Origin: Octopus bimaculoides
Taxonomy: Eukaryota
Reading direction: 5' to 3'
NCBI RefSeq assembly: GCF_001194135.2
Contig: NC_068983.1
Location: 105,774,997 to 105,838,996 of the forward strand
DNA: 64,000 nucleotides
Shown here one piece after another: positions 36,317-50,700 of the stretch (within the stretch, counting starts at the first letter, position 1; each line of letters begins with the position of its first letter). The notes beneath the pieces were generated by a model. That model was not told the DNA's origin and searched no databases. It saw only the letters and a program-made list of their open reading frames with translations. Both the position numbers and the translations under genes were made by a program.

Positions 36317-36541
36317 TTAACCCTTTAGCATTTAAACCAGCCATATCCAGCCCAATCTTCTACCTGTTTTATGTTTAAACTGGCCAGATTCAGCCTCTCA
36401 CCCCTACCTGGAAATGTCATTCTAAAAATAAGCAATCACATCATTAAAATCTCAAAGCAACAAGATAGTGCAGAATTAACTTTAATACATGTGAATAAAT
36501 AAGTATTACATTTGACAATAATCAGAATGCTGAAAAGTTAA
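36317..36541. mobile_element. TTAA-flanked piggyBac-type MITE (~225 bp)
   Basis: ttaaccctttagcatt ... aatgctgaaaagttaa; related copies at about 40370-40561, 41367-41550, 48035-48625, 56510-56710, 58604-59115. Confidence 0.75.
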
Positions 36542-36899
36542 ATGTTCACCGTAACTGGCAAACACATGGAGTTAATGTTATGAACCTTCAGAATGTAATA
36601 CATTTATTATTAAAACATGTAAATCTTATTATTATTGAATGTGAGGATAAAAAAGAACTACTTCTGTTCTTTAAATACTTTAATGAGAAACTAAATACAC
36701 TCATTATTGAAAATACTACTTTGTGCACAGGTGTGGCTGTGTGGTAAGAAGCTTGCTTCCCAACCACATGGTTCCAGGTTCAGTCCCACTGTGTAGCATC
36801 TTGGGCAAGTGTCGTCAATCAAAGCCTTCTGAGTGGATTTGGTAGATGGAAACTGAAAGAAGCCCAATGTATATATATATATATATATAGACACACATG

Positions 36900-37275
36900 C
36901 ATATAAAATTAGTGTACATTTAAACACATAAGTGGTGCCCTGACAGGACACCTAACATGCTAGAAGGACCAGTCAAAATCCAAACCACAGTTAGGGGTAA
37001 TTTCGAAGGGAATGAAAAATAAAAACATTTACCATATTTTGTTACCAGACCATGGTTTCGAAGTTTAATTAGGAAATAAAATAAAATAAATTATTTTATT
37101 TACTAATGAAAGTTTGAAACCATGGTCCAGTAACAAAATATGGTAAATGTTTTTATTTTTCATTCCCTTCGAAATTACCCATAACCGTGGTTTGGATTTT
37201 GACTGGTCCTTCTAGCATGTTAGGTGTCCTGTCAGGGCACCTCTAATGTGTTTAAATGTACACTAATTTTATATG
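36900..37275. repeat. 376-bp near-perfect palindrome (fold-back element)
   Basis: catataaaattagtgtacatttaaacacat...ggtgccctgacaggacacctaacatgctagaaggaccagtcaaaatccaaacc... is mirrored by the reverse complement to 37275; arms about 165 bp. Confidence 0.9.
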
Positions 37276-39500
37276 AATAATATATAGTCTATTGACTATT
37301 TTCTGCATGCTAGGCCACTGGTAGAAAAATTTCTATAATTTTCCTACCCTGTATATTTTTCCTATATATATGCATACACTTGTGTGTTTGTGTTTGTGTC
37401 TCCATCACTGCTTGATAACTGGTGTGGGTGTGTTTACGTCTCTGTAACTTAGTGGTTTGGCAAAAGAGACTGATAGAATAAGTACTAGGCTTAAAAAATA
37501 AGTCCTGGAGTTGATTTGTTTGACTAAAATCCTTCAAGGCGGTTCCCCAGCTTGGTCACAGTCAAATGACTGAAACAAGTAAAAGAATAAAAGAATAATT
37601 ATTTAATGTAAAAATTAATTCTTATGATAATTTCTAATTTAGGCACAAAGCCAGCAAATCTGAGGAGAAAGGCTAGTCGAATTGACCCCAATACCTGACT
37701 GGTATTTTATTTTATTAACCATGGAAGGATGAATGGTAAACTTGACCTTGGCAGTATTTGAAATCAGAACATTAGGAGCTGTAACAATTATCACAATCTA
37801 ATTATTCTATCAATCCTTTGCCCTTGTAATTATCATAATGAACTTAACCAATATACATTTATGTTGGAAGAATGAAAATATTTAAACAGAAGTATGATAA
37901 ATATGCTTACTTTCTGCACTACGTCTTATATTCTTCCATGCTAAGGGTTGGTGCCAGTAGTTTCATGTGACTTGTGTTTGTCAGTTGTGCAATTTTTTTG
38001 TTTGTTTTTGTATTAATGATTGATGTCTCAGTAAATGCTGCAAAATTTTGCTCATAGTTGTGATATGAAGTGTTTAGAAAAGGGTGTTGACACAAAATAC
38101 TGGATGGAGATCTTTTAAAGATTTTTTTTTTTTACTTCCTGAAAATTTAAAGGATTGTCAATAACATCATCATCATCTTATATCTACCTTTCATGCTGAC
38201 ATAGGTTGAAGAGTAGTTTTTTATTCAGACTTATTGCCTCCCTAGATGGTTTGGAGGACTGTGTCTTGTATGTTTACTTTTTGGCTTGATTTCTATACCC
38301 AGATGCTCTTCCTACAACAAACCACTTTACAGATTTCATGGGATGTATTCTATCATGGCACCAACACTAGAGAAGTTCATATCTTTGACAAGACTAGCAG
38401 GTCCTTTTGACCCTGTGTTGTCTCTGCTCATTTGTATAAACTATTGACAGCTGAGCTATCATCATTATTTAACCTCCATCTTTCATGCTGACATGAGTTG
38501 AATGGTTTGACAGGAGCTGGCAAGCTAGAGGACTTCACTAAGCTCCATTGTCTGTTTTTACATGGTTTTTATGACTGGATGCCCTTCCTAATGCCAACCA
38601 CTTTACAGAGTGGAGTGGGTGCTTTTTATGTGGCTCAAGCACTGGTGAGATTTGCTTTTGCATGCTTTTTTACAGTTGGATGCCCTTCTTAACTCTAATC
38701 ACTTTACAGAGCAGACTGGGTGCTTTTTATATGGCACTATAGACAAATTATTGATTACTTGATGACTGGACATTATTTCTTGATATTGACAGTATTTCTT
38801 GTTTAGAATTCTTAAAATTTTAATTCACTCTTTTGATATCAGCTTCCTGAGATAACCTCTGGTTCTATGATCAGAAGTCATTATTTTAAAGTCTCCATAT
38901 CTATATCAAAACATGCCATCATAATTTGATGTAAAAACCTTTTGCTAACCCTTTAATACTAATTCAACTGAAACTAGCCTTGATTCTATGATACAAACTC
39001 CCTGTTTTAAAGTGATCTAAACTCAAACCTTCCATTGAAATTTCATGTTAATATATATTTGAAACACCAGCTTAATAATGTCAGAGTTATTTTAATAAAT
39101 TCTTCATTATTTTCAAAGCTATTTGAAACAAAGACAGTTATTTCAACATAAATATGTCAAAAAAAAAAAAAAGGAATTATTTTCTTAACATCAGTTTAAT
39201 AATGAATATGATGGTTATTTTGCTAAATACCTCAAAATTCCTGAATAGTTTCAAAATTTATTGAAATACTTAAACAGTGTGAGAAATTAAAAATTTGGTT
39301 ATGAAAGAGCTAAATTAAGTTTTCAATTTCTGAGAGTTGGATTGTTATATCATAACTAGTCCCTTCTGTTTTGTGAATTTGCTGCTTTTGAAATTTTCAA
39401 TTGAATATTTTTTTTATTCATTTCTATTTATTTGTCTTTATTTTATTTTTAATTTATTTGTTTTTCTATTTAATTATAGTCTTTTTGAAGAGTTGACACC

Positions 39501-39561
39501 ATGACTCATGAAGTTAATTATGAAGACCTTCCAATTGACATACATTATAACAAACTTACAG
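39501..39561 (+). CDS. CDK5RAP3: CDK5RAP3 coding exon 1
   Basis: MTHEVNYEDLPIDIHYNKLT, donor gtatga. Confidence 0.9.
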
Positions 39562-42500
39562 GTATGAGAAAAATTACCTTTTAACTGACGATTGTGCTAT
39601 TGTTATGAAGTTTTCATTTTAGAAAGATGTTTATGAAACTCTTGTCATCCTCCCTGTAACTTTTTAAGTCATACTTCATCAACAAGAAGATTATATACAA
39701 AAGCAAAACCATGCAGTTATCAGTATTTTGCACAAATATGAGTAAAATATTTGTACAGAGGTTGACTTTCTGAATCTCTTGTTTAATTTTCTAAGGAGTT
39801 TGAAGTAGAGGCATAATATATAAAAGATTGTACAAAAATGTAGTTAGTATTTTGTTCTGAGTTCAAATCCTGCCACGATCTACATAGGTGGTAGAATTAC
39901 TCTGTCTTGGTTAAATATCAGCACCTTGCCCTTTTGAGGCCTTTAGTGGAATTTCCAATCATTCGGGCTGTCTCCAGTCCAAAGATACTTCCTCCTTTTC
40001 TTCCCACCAGTCTCAGGGTCATGGATACTGCCTTCTTTTCCTATTAAAAGATAATTAAAAAATCCTGTGTATGAACAACTCTTAGCTAAACCTTTCAATT
40101 TCTTATAATCTTTCATGGCCACAAAACATAATCTTTTCAAAACTGCATCTAAAAGATTAAGTTTCCTCCTCTTACACAGAAAACATTTAATGCCTGCAAA
40201 ACATGTCCAGAAAGTGACCATTTGATTCATTAACATAGATTCACTCATTGATGTACACAACCAATAGCATTCAAGTTAATGAAAGAGCTTCTAAATAGTT
40301 ACTCAACCCCACAAATTCCCTTCAAGTCTCACACTGCTCTCTTAGAAAAGAACATGTTAGAGAATATAAAATGGCTATATCCAGCCCAAATATTTTACCA
40401 GTTTTAAACTGGCCATATCCAGCCTCCCAAACATACCCTAGAATGTCATTCTAAAAATAAACAATCACATCATCGATATCTCAAAACTGCAAGATAATGC
40501 AAAACAATGTGAATAAATAAGCATTACATTTGACAGAGTAATCTGAATGCTAAATTATTAAACAACAACAACAACAACACCAATACCAATCAAAGCATAC
40601 TCTTTCCCCTTTCTGACTCATCTACTGCTCCAGCAATGGCCTCTCTGAGTTAGCAACTCATATAGCACCACCACATTTGCCAAGATCTACCTAATGCTAA
40701 TGTCCTTAGTTCTCCTCTCTTCATCTCTGCTCAGTGTTTTCTCTCCACTAAACCCTGCATTAACCACCTTTACCAGTCCTTACCCACAACTGCCAATCTC
40801 TTGAAGTCTCCCTCTGACCTTGTTCTTTTCTCACAGATATCAACCCAAAGAAGTTCAAACTGAACATCATCCACACAAATTTGGAAGTATTTGAAAAGGT
40901 CATGGGTTCCCTCTATCCAACCCCATAAGTGTTGATACATCTAGGTATTTTAAGGGGCTGGGCATGAATTTAGGGATTAAGTAGGGTTGAAATGTTTTAG
41001 AATTCACTTTTAAGCTATTTCTATTTACCTAATAACATGATTCAGAAAATATGTCAAAACTCTTATTTCAGTTGCCCCTCCCTCTCTCTACACACACACA
41101 CACATTGGTGACGGGAAGGGAATCTAGCCATAAAATATCTGCTTTGACAAATTCCATTTGATTCATGCAAGCATGGAAAAAATGAATGTTAAATGATGCA
41201 TGATGTGTGTATATGTGTGTGTCTCCATATGTTTTTCCATTTACATCACTTGGGCAACAGTGATGTTTGTTTATGTCCTTGGCAGTCTGACATGCAAAAA
41301 CCTAGTGGTGTAAAGTACCTTACCTGAAAACAACTAAGTGTTGGCATCAGCTGGAAGAATACTAAATTAACCCTTCAGTATTCACATTATTCTGTCAAAA
41401 GTGATGCTTATTTATTCACATTATTTTGAATTAATCATGCATTATCTTATAGCTTTGAGATTATGATGAGATAACTATTAATTTTTAAAATGATATTGTA
41501 GGGTTGGTGTGAGAGGCTAGATCTGACCAGTTTAAATGCTAAAGGGTTAAGAAGTCTTTTCTGGCCCATGCTAGTGTGAAAAGTGAAACGCTGTAACATT
41601 CTTATGTAAGGCATCATCACATGCATTCTTCAATATATATATTACTCTACATCCAGTTCATTGAATTCTTTTGTTATTTGTAGACTGGTTGATAAACCGA
41701 AGACATTGTCAGCAGAACTGGCCAGCATCAGCTTTGGTAATTCGAGACAAGATTAACCAAGCACTTAAGACTTTGCCAGATGTTAAGGAAGTTGTTGACA
41801 TTATGAAAAATTCAAGTAAGTAAATTTCATATTGTGTTATGGAATTTTTATTTATTTGAGTGCTAAAAGTTCATAAATGTTTAGGGTGAAAATGTGCAGG
41901 GTGTTTGGGTTAAATTTAACTGTTTGCATAAATGGAAAAGAAAAACACAATTTCCGATCCAAAAATAAAAGTATTTTAAAAAATCAAAAAATATCATCAA
42001 GATTATGGCTGGGAGATAACAGTTTACTCAAAGTAGCCACATTCAGCTTCCACCACAGCTGCAAGATGGCTCTGGAACCTGGCGCATGGAAGATGTATCC
42101 CTAGGAAGATCTTCAAACAACTCCTTAATCTTGGCCACCAGTTCAACCTTGGTGTTGCAGGCAGAGCAGATGGTGTCTTTCTCACTGCACTCCACACATA
42201 GTAATCCATGGGTTTACAATTGGGGAAATTAGGTGGTCAGAAATTGAGGCTGGTGAAGTTGTAGAAATTCTCTGATAACTACTTCTGACTCTTTCTGGAG
42301 GTATGGCAAGGAGCTGAATCCTACTGCTATACATATAGCTCCCCAGCAGCAAACCTTTCCAGCCAGTGTTTGACCACAGTCTTGAGCAGCTTTGCAAAAC
42401 CATCTGAATTGAGACTAAAGCCCTATTCAAAGATGTGGGGCAGCATAATGTTGGCCTCACTGAAGACACACCTAAAGACCATCGGGGTTTGGGGGAACTT

Positions 42501-45500
42501 GGTTTTCATGATGTTCATGTCATGTCTTACAGCATTTACAGTATTCACAGAGCATTGAGCAGCAGTCATGATGCTAGTATTTTGATACCTTGCACAAATC
42601 AATATGATACAGCTAACTTTTTTTCCAATATTCAAATGGCTTCCACTTCTCCATGTCAGCCGACTTTTTCTCAACTACAACTTTAATCTTTATGCTTCCC
42701 AACACCATTAACTGTTCACCAATACATCAAGCTGTTCCTGAAAAAAGGTGACATAAAAAAAATCGTCAAATACTGGAAGTGCAGGATGTACATAAATTGG
42801 AGAAGAATAGGTTGACATGTTTATATCAGTAGTGTGATGTTCTACATTAATGATGCATGTTGTTTAGCTCTCATGTCAGCCCTGATAGAGCAGACCTATG
42901 GTTAAAGGTATTTCAGTCCTTTCTGTTTTTGGACAGTGTATCTTTCACTCTCACACTGTGAGAGTGAAAGACATTCTGTCATTCAAGAGAAGAATAAACT
43001 TAGTAGTGTTTATTTGGTGTAAAATAAAATGTTAAAACAGCTTGAACAGTAGAAGCATTGATTGCTGTGTGTGAGTGATACAATTACCTTGGCATGATGA
43101 TGTATACTGGGTGAACAGTGTGATGAAAAAGTGGTAGATGCTAGCTAGAGTAGTGATAGATCAAAGGCAGATTTCTATTTCTTTTATGGTTAGTCAGATG
43201 AAGAAGGATCACACCTATGTTTTTGCAAGGTATTCAGGATTGGTTAGGAAAAAGGAAGAAAGATATTGCAACTCATAGGTTGTTTTTGTAGTTTGAAATA
43301 TCATATCAAGATGTTGATCCTATGCTATAGTAGAAGATACTTGCCTAAAGTACCACACAGAAGGGCATCAAATTGGGAACCAAGGAATTGCGATGCTAAC
43401 TTCCAAACCACACAAATCATGACCACATCCCTAGAGCTTCATAGCTTATAACACCTCTAGCATTCCCTGCTTTATTGCATTACTAACATTACTTAATGGC
43501 GATTATCAGGTCATTAAGAGTGAAATGTCCAATTTTGAACTGAAAGTTTATTTTACTTTATCTCAACAAAAAGCAATCCAGTTAGTCAAAGTATGCACCT
43601 AAATTATCAACACAATTTTGCCATTTTATCAGTAGCTTATTTATGCCAGCAGCAAAGAATTCTGGAGAGCAAGAAGTGATGAAATCACAAAAGGCTTTAG
43701 ATTTGAAGTTTTTTCCTTGCAAGAAGTTGTCTAATGCCTGGAAAACATGATAGTCAGTTGGACCAAGGTTTGGTGAATATGGTGGATGACAGAGTACTTC
43801 CAAGTTCAGTTTCTGTAACTTGAGTAGCCTTCTTTGTGCAACATGTGGTTGAGCATTGCCTTGCAAAAGAATTGGCCTGTCTCTATTGACCAATCTCAGT
43901 TTTTAATTGCAAGTTCATTCATCATTTCATCCAATTGGTTGATGTATACATCTGCTGTAATTGACTTACCAGGTCTCATGAAGCTGTAGTGGATGACACT
44001 AGCGCTGGACAAGCAAACAGACACCATTAGCTTTTTTGGTGAATATTTTGTCTTGGATTGTGATTTGGCACTTCGTCTCTATCCAACCACCATGCAGAAT
44101 GCTTGCTATTGTTGAAAAGAATCCATTTTTCATCAAACATAACAATATGATGCAAAACTGGTTTGCTTTTATTCCGTGACAGCAAAGAACAGCAAGTTTC
44201 AAGACAATGTGTCATTTGATGCTCGTTCAGTTCATGTGGTACCCACTTGTTCAGCTTTTTTACCTTGCTGATTTGTTTGGATGGTCCAATACAGTTGGAA
44301 TCAAAACATCAAACTTTGCTGCTAACTCACTTCGTAGTTTGAGATGTATCCACTTCCACTACAGTTTCCAGCTCATCATTATCCACCTTAGTCTCAGGTC
44401 TACCATGGGGATGATTTTCAAGAGTGAAGTCACCAGACTGGAACTTCTCAAACCATCGATGTACAGTGTGCTCATTCACCACATCTTCATGAAACACCTC
44501 ATTGATGTTTCATGCTGTCTGGGATGCATTGGTTCTATGATGGAACTCAGATTCATAAACAACACGGGTTCACAAAAATTGATTTTACAAGAGAAAACTC
44601 ACAATATAAACAGATACCATTAATTGCATTTTGAAGAGTGATGATGTAACTCTTCAATGTTGTAAAACAGAATCATCAGGATAAAACATAAGAGTTAACG
44701 ACTGTCAAACTTGGTGCATAAGAAAATTGGACATTTCATTCTTAATGACCTGATAATTACGATAATTTTCATTGAAGTAATATTTCAGGAAATGAATTCC
44801 TTTCATAAATGTTTAATCAGGATCAATTATATATATTAAATGTTTTTTTTCTCTTTCTTTCTTGGTGACATTTGTAACATTACAAGAAATCACTTACTTC
44901 CATGTGAAGGAAATAATGTCATTATTGTCAGAAGACACAGAGTCAGGAAAGAAGAACATCCTAGGACAATATTCAAATGAATTAACTAAGGTGATTTTTT
45001 AAAAATTTCATTTTGTTAAAGTTGTTTTAAAGATGAGAGAAAGCAGAATTGCTAGTGCAGTGAACTTAGTACCAAACTGTGTTTAGTTATGTTCTGTGTT
45101 GAAATTCCAACATTGTTGACTTACACATTTAATTTTCTTCAGGATCATCATCATCATTGTTGTTGTTTTAGCATCCATTTTTCCATACTTATTTGGATCA
45201 GACAGAATTTGTAGAGGTCGATTTTCTACAGCTGGACGTTTTTCGTGTTACCAACCCCCACCTGTTCCCAAGGTAGTATTTCCCTGTCACCAGACATGTT
45301 TTCATGGAAGTTTGGTAATGACAGATACCACTTGCCTTGATGTTAAGGCAAAGGGATAGTAAAACACACACACACACACACACATGCATGCATGTGCATG
45401 CGCACGCGATGGGCTTATTGGTTGGCCCTGGGATTTAAAGGAAGACACTTTCTCTTGGTGTCACACAGTGGGACAGAACACAAAACCAATGTGGCTGGGA

Positions 45501-47737
45501 AGCAAACTTTTTACCACAAAAGTCAATTATTATTAAGCTGCTCTCTTCCTACAAATTTGTGATCTTGTATCAATATTAGAAACACTTGAAAGGCAGCCAG
45601 TTGGCAGAATTGTTAGCGTGCTGGGCAAATTGCTTATTGGTATTTCGTCTGTCTATACGTTCTGAGATTGACTTGCCTTTCATCCTTTTAGGGGCAATAA
45701 AATAAGTACCAGTTGATCATTGTGGTTGTTGAAATTGACTTAGCCCCTCCCCGAAATAGCTGGCATTGTGCCAAGAATTTGAAACTAATATTAGAAACAC
45801 TTATTGTTATTGTGTTGTCATTTTATTATGTTGTTGCAGTTATTGTTGTTTAGGTCAGCCTCATGACTAAAGGTATTTCAGTCATGACAATCTCATTTTC
45901 TTGCTACCATTTTCTGGAGCATTTTTTTGTGATTTTTTTTAATGAAACCTGTGATTTATCCCACCACTAAACTAAATCCAATATATCATTAATACTTATT
46001 TCTATTGATTTCTAAAGGCATTAAAGTCAAACTTGATTCTGGTGGGATTTGAACCTTAAAAAAAAAAAAGACATTTAAACTTTGATCACTGTTAATATTA
46101 TTGTTCTTGTTATTTAACCTTAAGTTAATTCACATGCGTCCAGCAGTGATCAGCCTGTCTTTGTAAAGGCATATAGGAGTACATTATTTCATATGTCTTT
46201 CCCTTTTCTTAAGGTGGAAGGATATGAATTGAGGGAAATTTGGCTGCAATTTCTTGCAGGTTGAGCAAGTATGTTGCCTGATCTTCTCTTCTTTTTTTTT
46301 TGTTTTTGTTATTACTGTTACATTGCAATAGTTTGTTTTGCCTTTCATCCCTCCAGTTATGTTAAAATAGCTATCAGCTTTCTATAGTGACTCCTTCAAT
46401 TACCTATACTTTTCTCTATGCGTAACCTGTCCCAATCTGAGAAGTTACTGTTACTTTTTCTTTTTCTTTTAGGCATGGTCAGAAATTTTAAATTTATATG
46501 AAAAGAATAACTTATATTTAGGTAAGTTAAACAGTAACAACTTGCTATTTTTTAATATTTTTGTGTTTCATAAAATATTTAATAATGTCTCAAGTTCAAG
46601 AATTCTTGCACAATACTATCTTTATAAAAATTGTACTGACTTCATAGAAAGTTTGCTCAATCATTGTTAGAATGTAGCTCCGTGATGCAATCAGTTAGCA
46701 TGTGGAGCTGCTAGCTGAAAGGTTGGTGGTTCAAGTTCACCCAGGGATGTAGTGTTTTTTCATTATGTCCAACCCATGCTATCCTGGAAAATGACATTAA
46801 AGGGTGATGATGATTATCTTGTTTGCATAATTTATGCTTTATCTTTCTTAAATCTTTTGATTAAAAACAAACCTTTTTGGTATTTTGCTATTTCTTAAAT
46901 GAAAAATAGAAAAAAAAAAAACTTCCAGTTCCTTAAAATTAATAATTGTTAATTTTATAAGCAATTTATTTGCTTATGTTGATAATTGATACTATATTCT
47001 TTTTTTTTTTTTTTTAATATTTAACCAGCTGAATCAGGCCAAATCATGTCCAGAAATGTAAATTATGAAATTCCATGTTTGAAACGTCAAATTGCCAGAT
47101 GTCAGCAGATTGAAAAGGTTATCCATTTATCTATTACCTCTCTAGTTATCAGTAATATTATGGTGAGATGGCAGAATCATTAGCATGTTGGCCAAAATGC
47201 TTAGTTGCATTTCTTCTGGATCTTTACATTCTGTGTTCAAATCCCACTGAGAGCAATTTTTTTGCTTTTCATACTTTTGGGGTTGATAAAATAAAGTACC
47301 AGTCATACACTGGGGTTGATGGCATCAACTAACACTCTCTCCTTAAAATTGCTGGCCTTGTGCAAAAATTATAGGCGCAGGAGTGGCTGTGTGATAAGTA
47401 GCTTGCTTACCAACCACATGGCTCCGGGTTCAGTCCCACTGTGTGGCACCTTGGGCAAGTGTCTTCTACTATAGCCTCGGGCTGACCAAAGCCATGTGAG
47501 TGGATTTGGTAGACGGAAACTGAAAGAAGCCCATCGTATATATGTATATATATATATATATNNNNNNNNNNNNNNNNNNNNNNNNNNNNNNNNNNNNNNN
47601 NNNNNNNNNNNNNNNNNNNNNNNNNNNNNNNNNNNNNNNNNNNNNNNNNNNNNNNNNNNNNNNNNNNNNNNNNNNNNNNNNNNNNNNNNNNNNNNNNNNN
47701 NNNNNNNNNNNNNNNNNNNNNNNNNNNNNNNNNNNNN

Positions 47738-47772
<35 letters not shown>

Positions 47773-50700
47773 TTGTGTGTCTGTGTTTGTACCCCCCACT
47801 ATCGCTTGACAACCGATGCTGGTGTGTTTACGTCCCCGTAACTTAGCGGTTTGGCAAAAAGAGACCGATAGAATAAGTACTAGGCTTACAAAGAATAAGT
47901 CCTAGGGTCGATTTGCTCGACTAAAAGGCGGTGCTCCAGCATGGCCGCAGTCAAATGACTGAAACAAGTAAAAGAGTAAAAGAGTAGTAATTGTTATAGT
48001 TATTATTTTTAAAGTTTTTAATTTATTTTTTGACCCATTAGCATGTAAACTGGCCATATCTGGCCCAAATTTTCTACCGGTTTTATGTTCATACTGGTCC
48101 GATTTGGCCTATCACACCTACTCTACAATGTCATTCTAGAAATAAACAATCACATCTATGAGATTATGTATGATTAATTCCAAACAATATGAAGAAATAA
48201 ACATTCTTTAAAGTGGATGAAACTTGTGGAAGAGGGAGATCCAGGAAGACATGGGACAAAGTATTGAAGACCTATCTCAAGCTACTGAACCATACAAAGG
48301 TGATGCCAGAGGGCTGAGTTATCTGGCACCTTGCTGTATTCAAGTAAACCCATCTGCCACAGCAGAATTGATACTGGAGCTGGTGCCACATTAAAAGCAC
48401 TGGTGTTGGTGCCATATAAAAAGCACCCAATACACTATGGAGTGGTTGGCATTAGGAAGGGCATCCAGCTGTAGCAACCATGTGAGAACAAACAATAGAG
48501 CCTGGTGCAGTTCCTGGCCTTACGAGCTCCAGGCAAACCATCCAACCCATGCCAGCATGGAAAACATATTAAATGATGATGATGATGAGATGGAGGAGAG
48601 TAATCTGAATGCTAAATCGTTAAATTATTTCATAAAATAAAGAAAATCCTTATTGCTTGAGAGGATAAAATTTCAGGCTACCAAGCCATGATTTGTGGCT
48701 TTGTATTCACAACATGCATCTTCTCCAATTCACTTAACTGTTTTTCTTTACCCTCAAACTCTATAATATGCCTGCAGCATGTCTAAGTCCATGACTCATG
48801 AGTTTGTAGGCCTGTTATCTTAACTTTTCACGTCTTATGTAAATGACTGGACTTTGCTTGCTCTTTCTTCCAAGTTCAAATCCTGCTTGTATTGACTTGG
48901 CCTTTTATTCCATTAGTGAGCTGAGAGACTTGTAACAACATATTGGGTTGGAATTCAGTTGGCCATAGTCTGTCTCTCACAAAAGAATCCCAATTATTCC
49001 AATATGTATATGTGTGTGTGTGTGCGTGTAGCTTAGTGATTAGGATGTTGCACTTACAATTGTAAGATTGTGGTTTCAATTCCCAGAGCAGCAGTGTATT
49101 ACATCATTTGATAGACTGGTCGACACAATGGTGCACTGTATGTATGTATATATACAGTAATATACATACATATGTATGTACATACATACATATGTACATA
49201 CACTCATACATGTGTGTGTGTGTATGTGTATGTGTATGGATGAATGTAATGTTTAATTTTTATACCAGTTTTTATTCATAGTGCAATATTAAATATTTGT
49301 AAAATAAAATAAACTTCTTTGAAATGAGAAGCATTGGAGTCTGATAGTTTGACCTGGGCTCATCTTCAAAGGCTATGATATAACATAATATTTGTTTTAT
49401 ATGTTGATATAATTGAAATAACTGATGGGAAAATTATCTGTACTGTTTACAATTTCTTTCATTTAATAGGATTGTTTTAAAAAGGAATCAGACAACACTG
49501 TCAAAGCTGCAGATTATAAACACAGATACCAGAGTAGTTGCAAAAAGTATGGTATCAAAGTAAGATTTCTATTTCATTTTTCATTTTTTTTTTGTGTTAA
49601 ACATAATTGTTTTATGTTTATATTGAATCTTCCCATTATTTCTCAAATCTTCAAAACAACAAGAGGTTTTGGAGTTTGGAAATGTTTGTGTGACAGAAAA
49701 AAAAATGGCATTGAATGACTAAATATTTTCAGTCATTTATGAAGATGTTGGTCTGTGGAGGATGGTTTAGGCATCTAGTTAGAATGTTGGCCTACCTACT
49801 TGGCCAGTAAGGTAGCCTCATTCAAAAGCTACAACAATGCAAAGAAGCATATTGTGACCAATGAAGTATAATACCATCTAGCAATGTGGTCAGTACAGTG
49901 ATACAGTGATATAAATACATTTTTATTTTAAGAGTGATGAAGGCACATGGTTTACTGGTTAGGGCATTTAGCTCATGATCATAAAGGTGTGAGCTTGATT
50001 CCTGGCAGTGCATTGTGTCCTTGAGCGGGACACTTTATTTCATGTTGCTCTAGTTCAGGGGTTTTCAAACTTTTTGACTTGCAGACCCCTTTATATTTCA
50101 GGCTTTACCCTTATAAATGCTTATGAAATTTATACATAAATATTTGCTTAAAATAACATATATTTTACCATTTATTTATTTAACAGTATTTAACAAATAG
50201 GTTTATAGTCAATTATACACACAGGATTTTTTTAATACCTACTTAGTGAGAAGGATGTGCTTACTTGGTTTTGCACGGACCCCCAGTCTTGTCCTTGCGG
50301 ACTCCCTGTGGTCCGCGGACCACAGTTTGAAAACCCCTGCTCTAGTTCACTCAGCTGGCAAAAATGAATAGTACCTATATTTCAAAGACCAGCCTTGTCA
50401 CATTCTGTGTCATACTGGATCATCATCATCATCCATCATTTTGAATCTGGGTTTTGTCCCCGTTAATGGGGGTGGCCAGATCTACCTCAATGCCATAGCA
50501 ATCACCCTCACACCATCTCACCTGGTTTTTGGCATCCTCCCTTCTCAACCCTTCCAATTTCCTCTGCTTTCGCTGCCCATTCACCCCAAACTCTAGCACC
50601 CTCTACAGAACATGCTCCTCATCCCTCCTCAACACATGCTCATACCACTGCACTCCATTCACCCTTGCCAGCCATTCTACTGATTCCTCCAACCCCAGCA

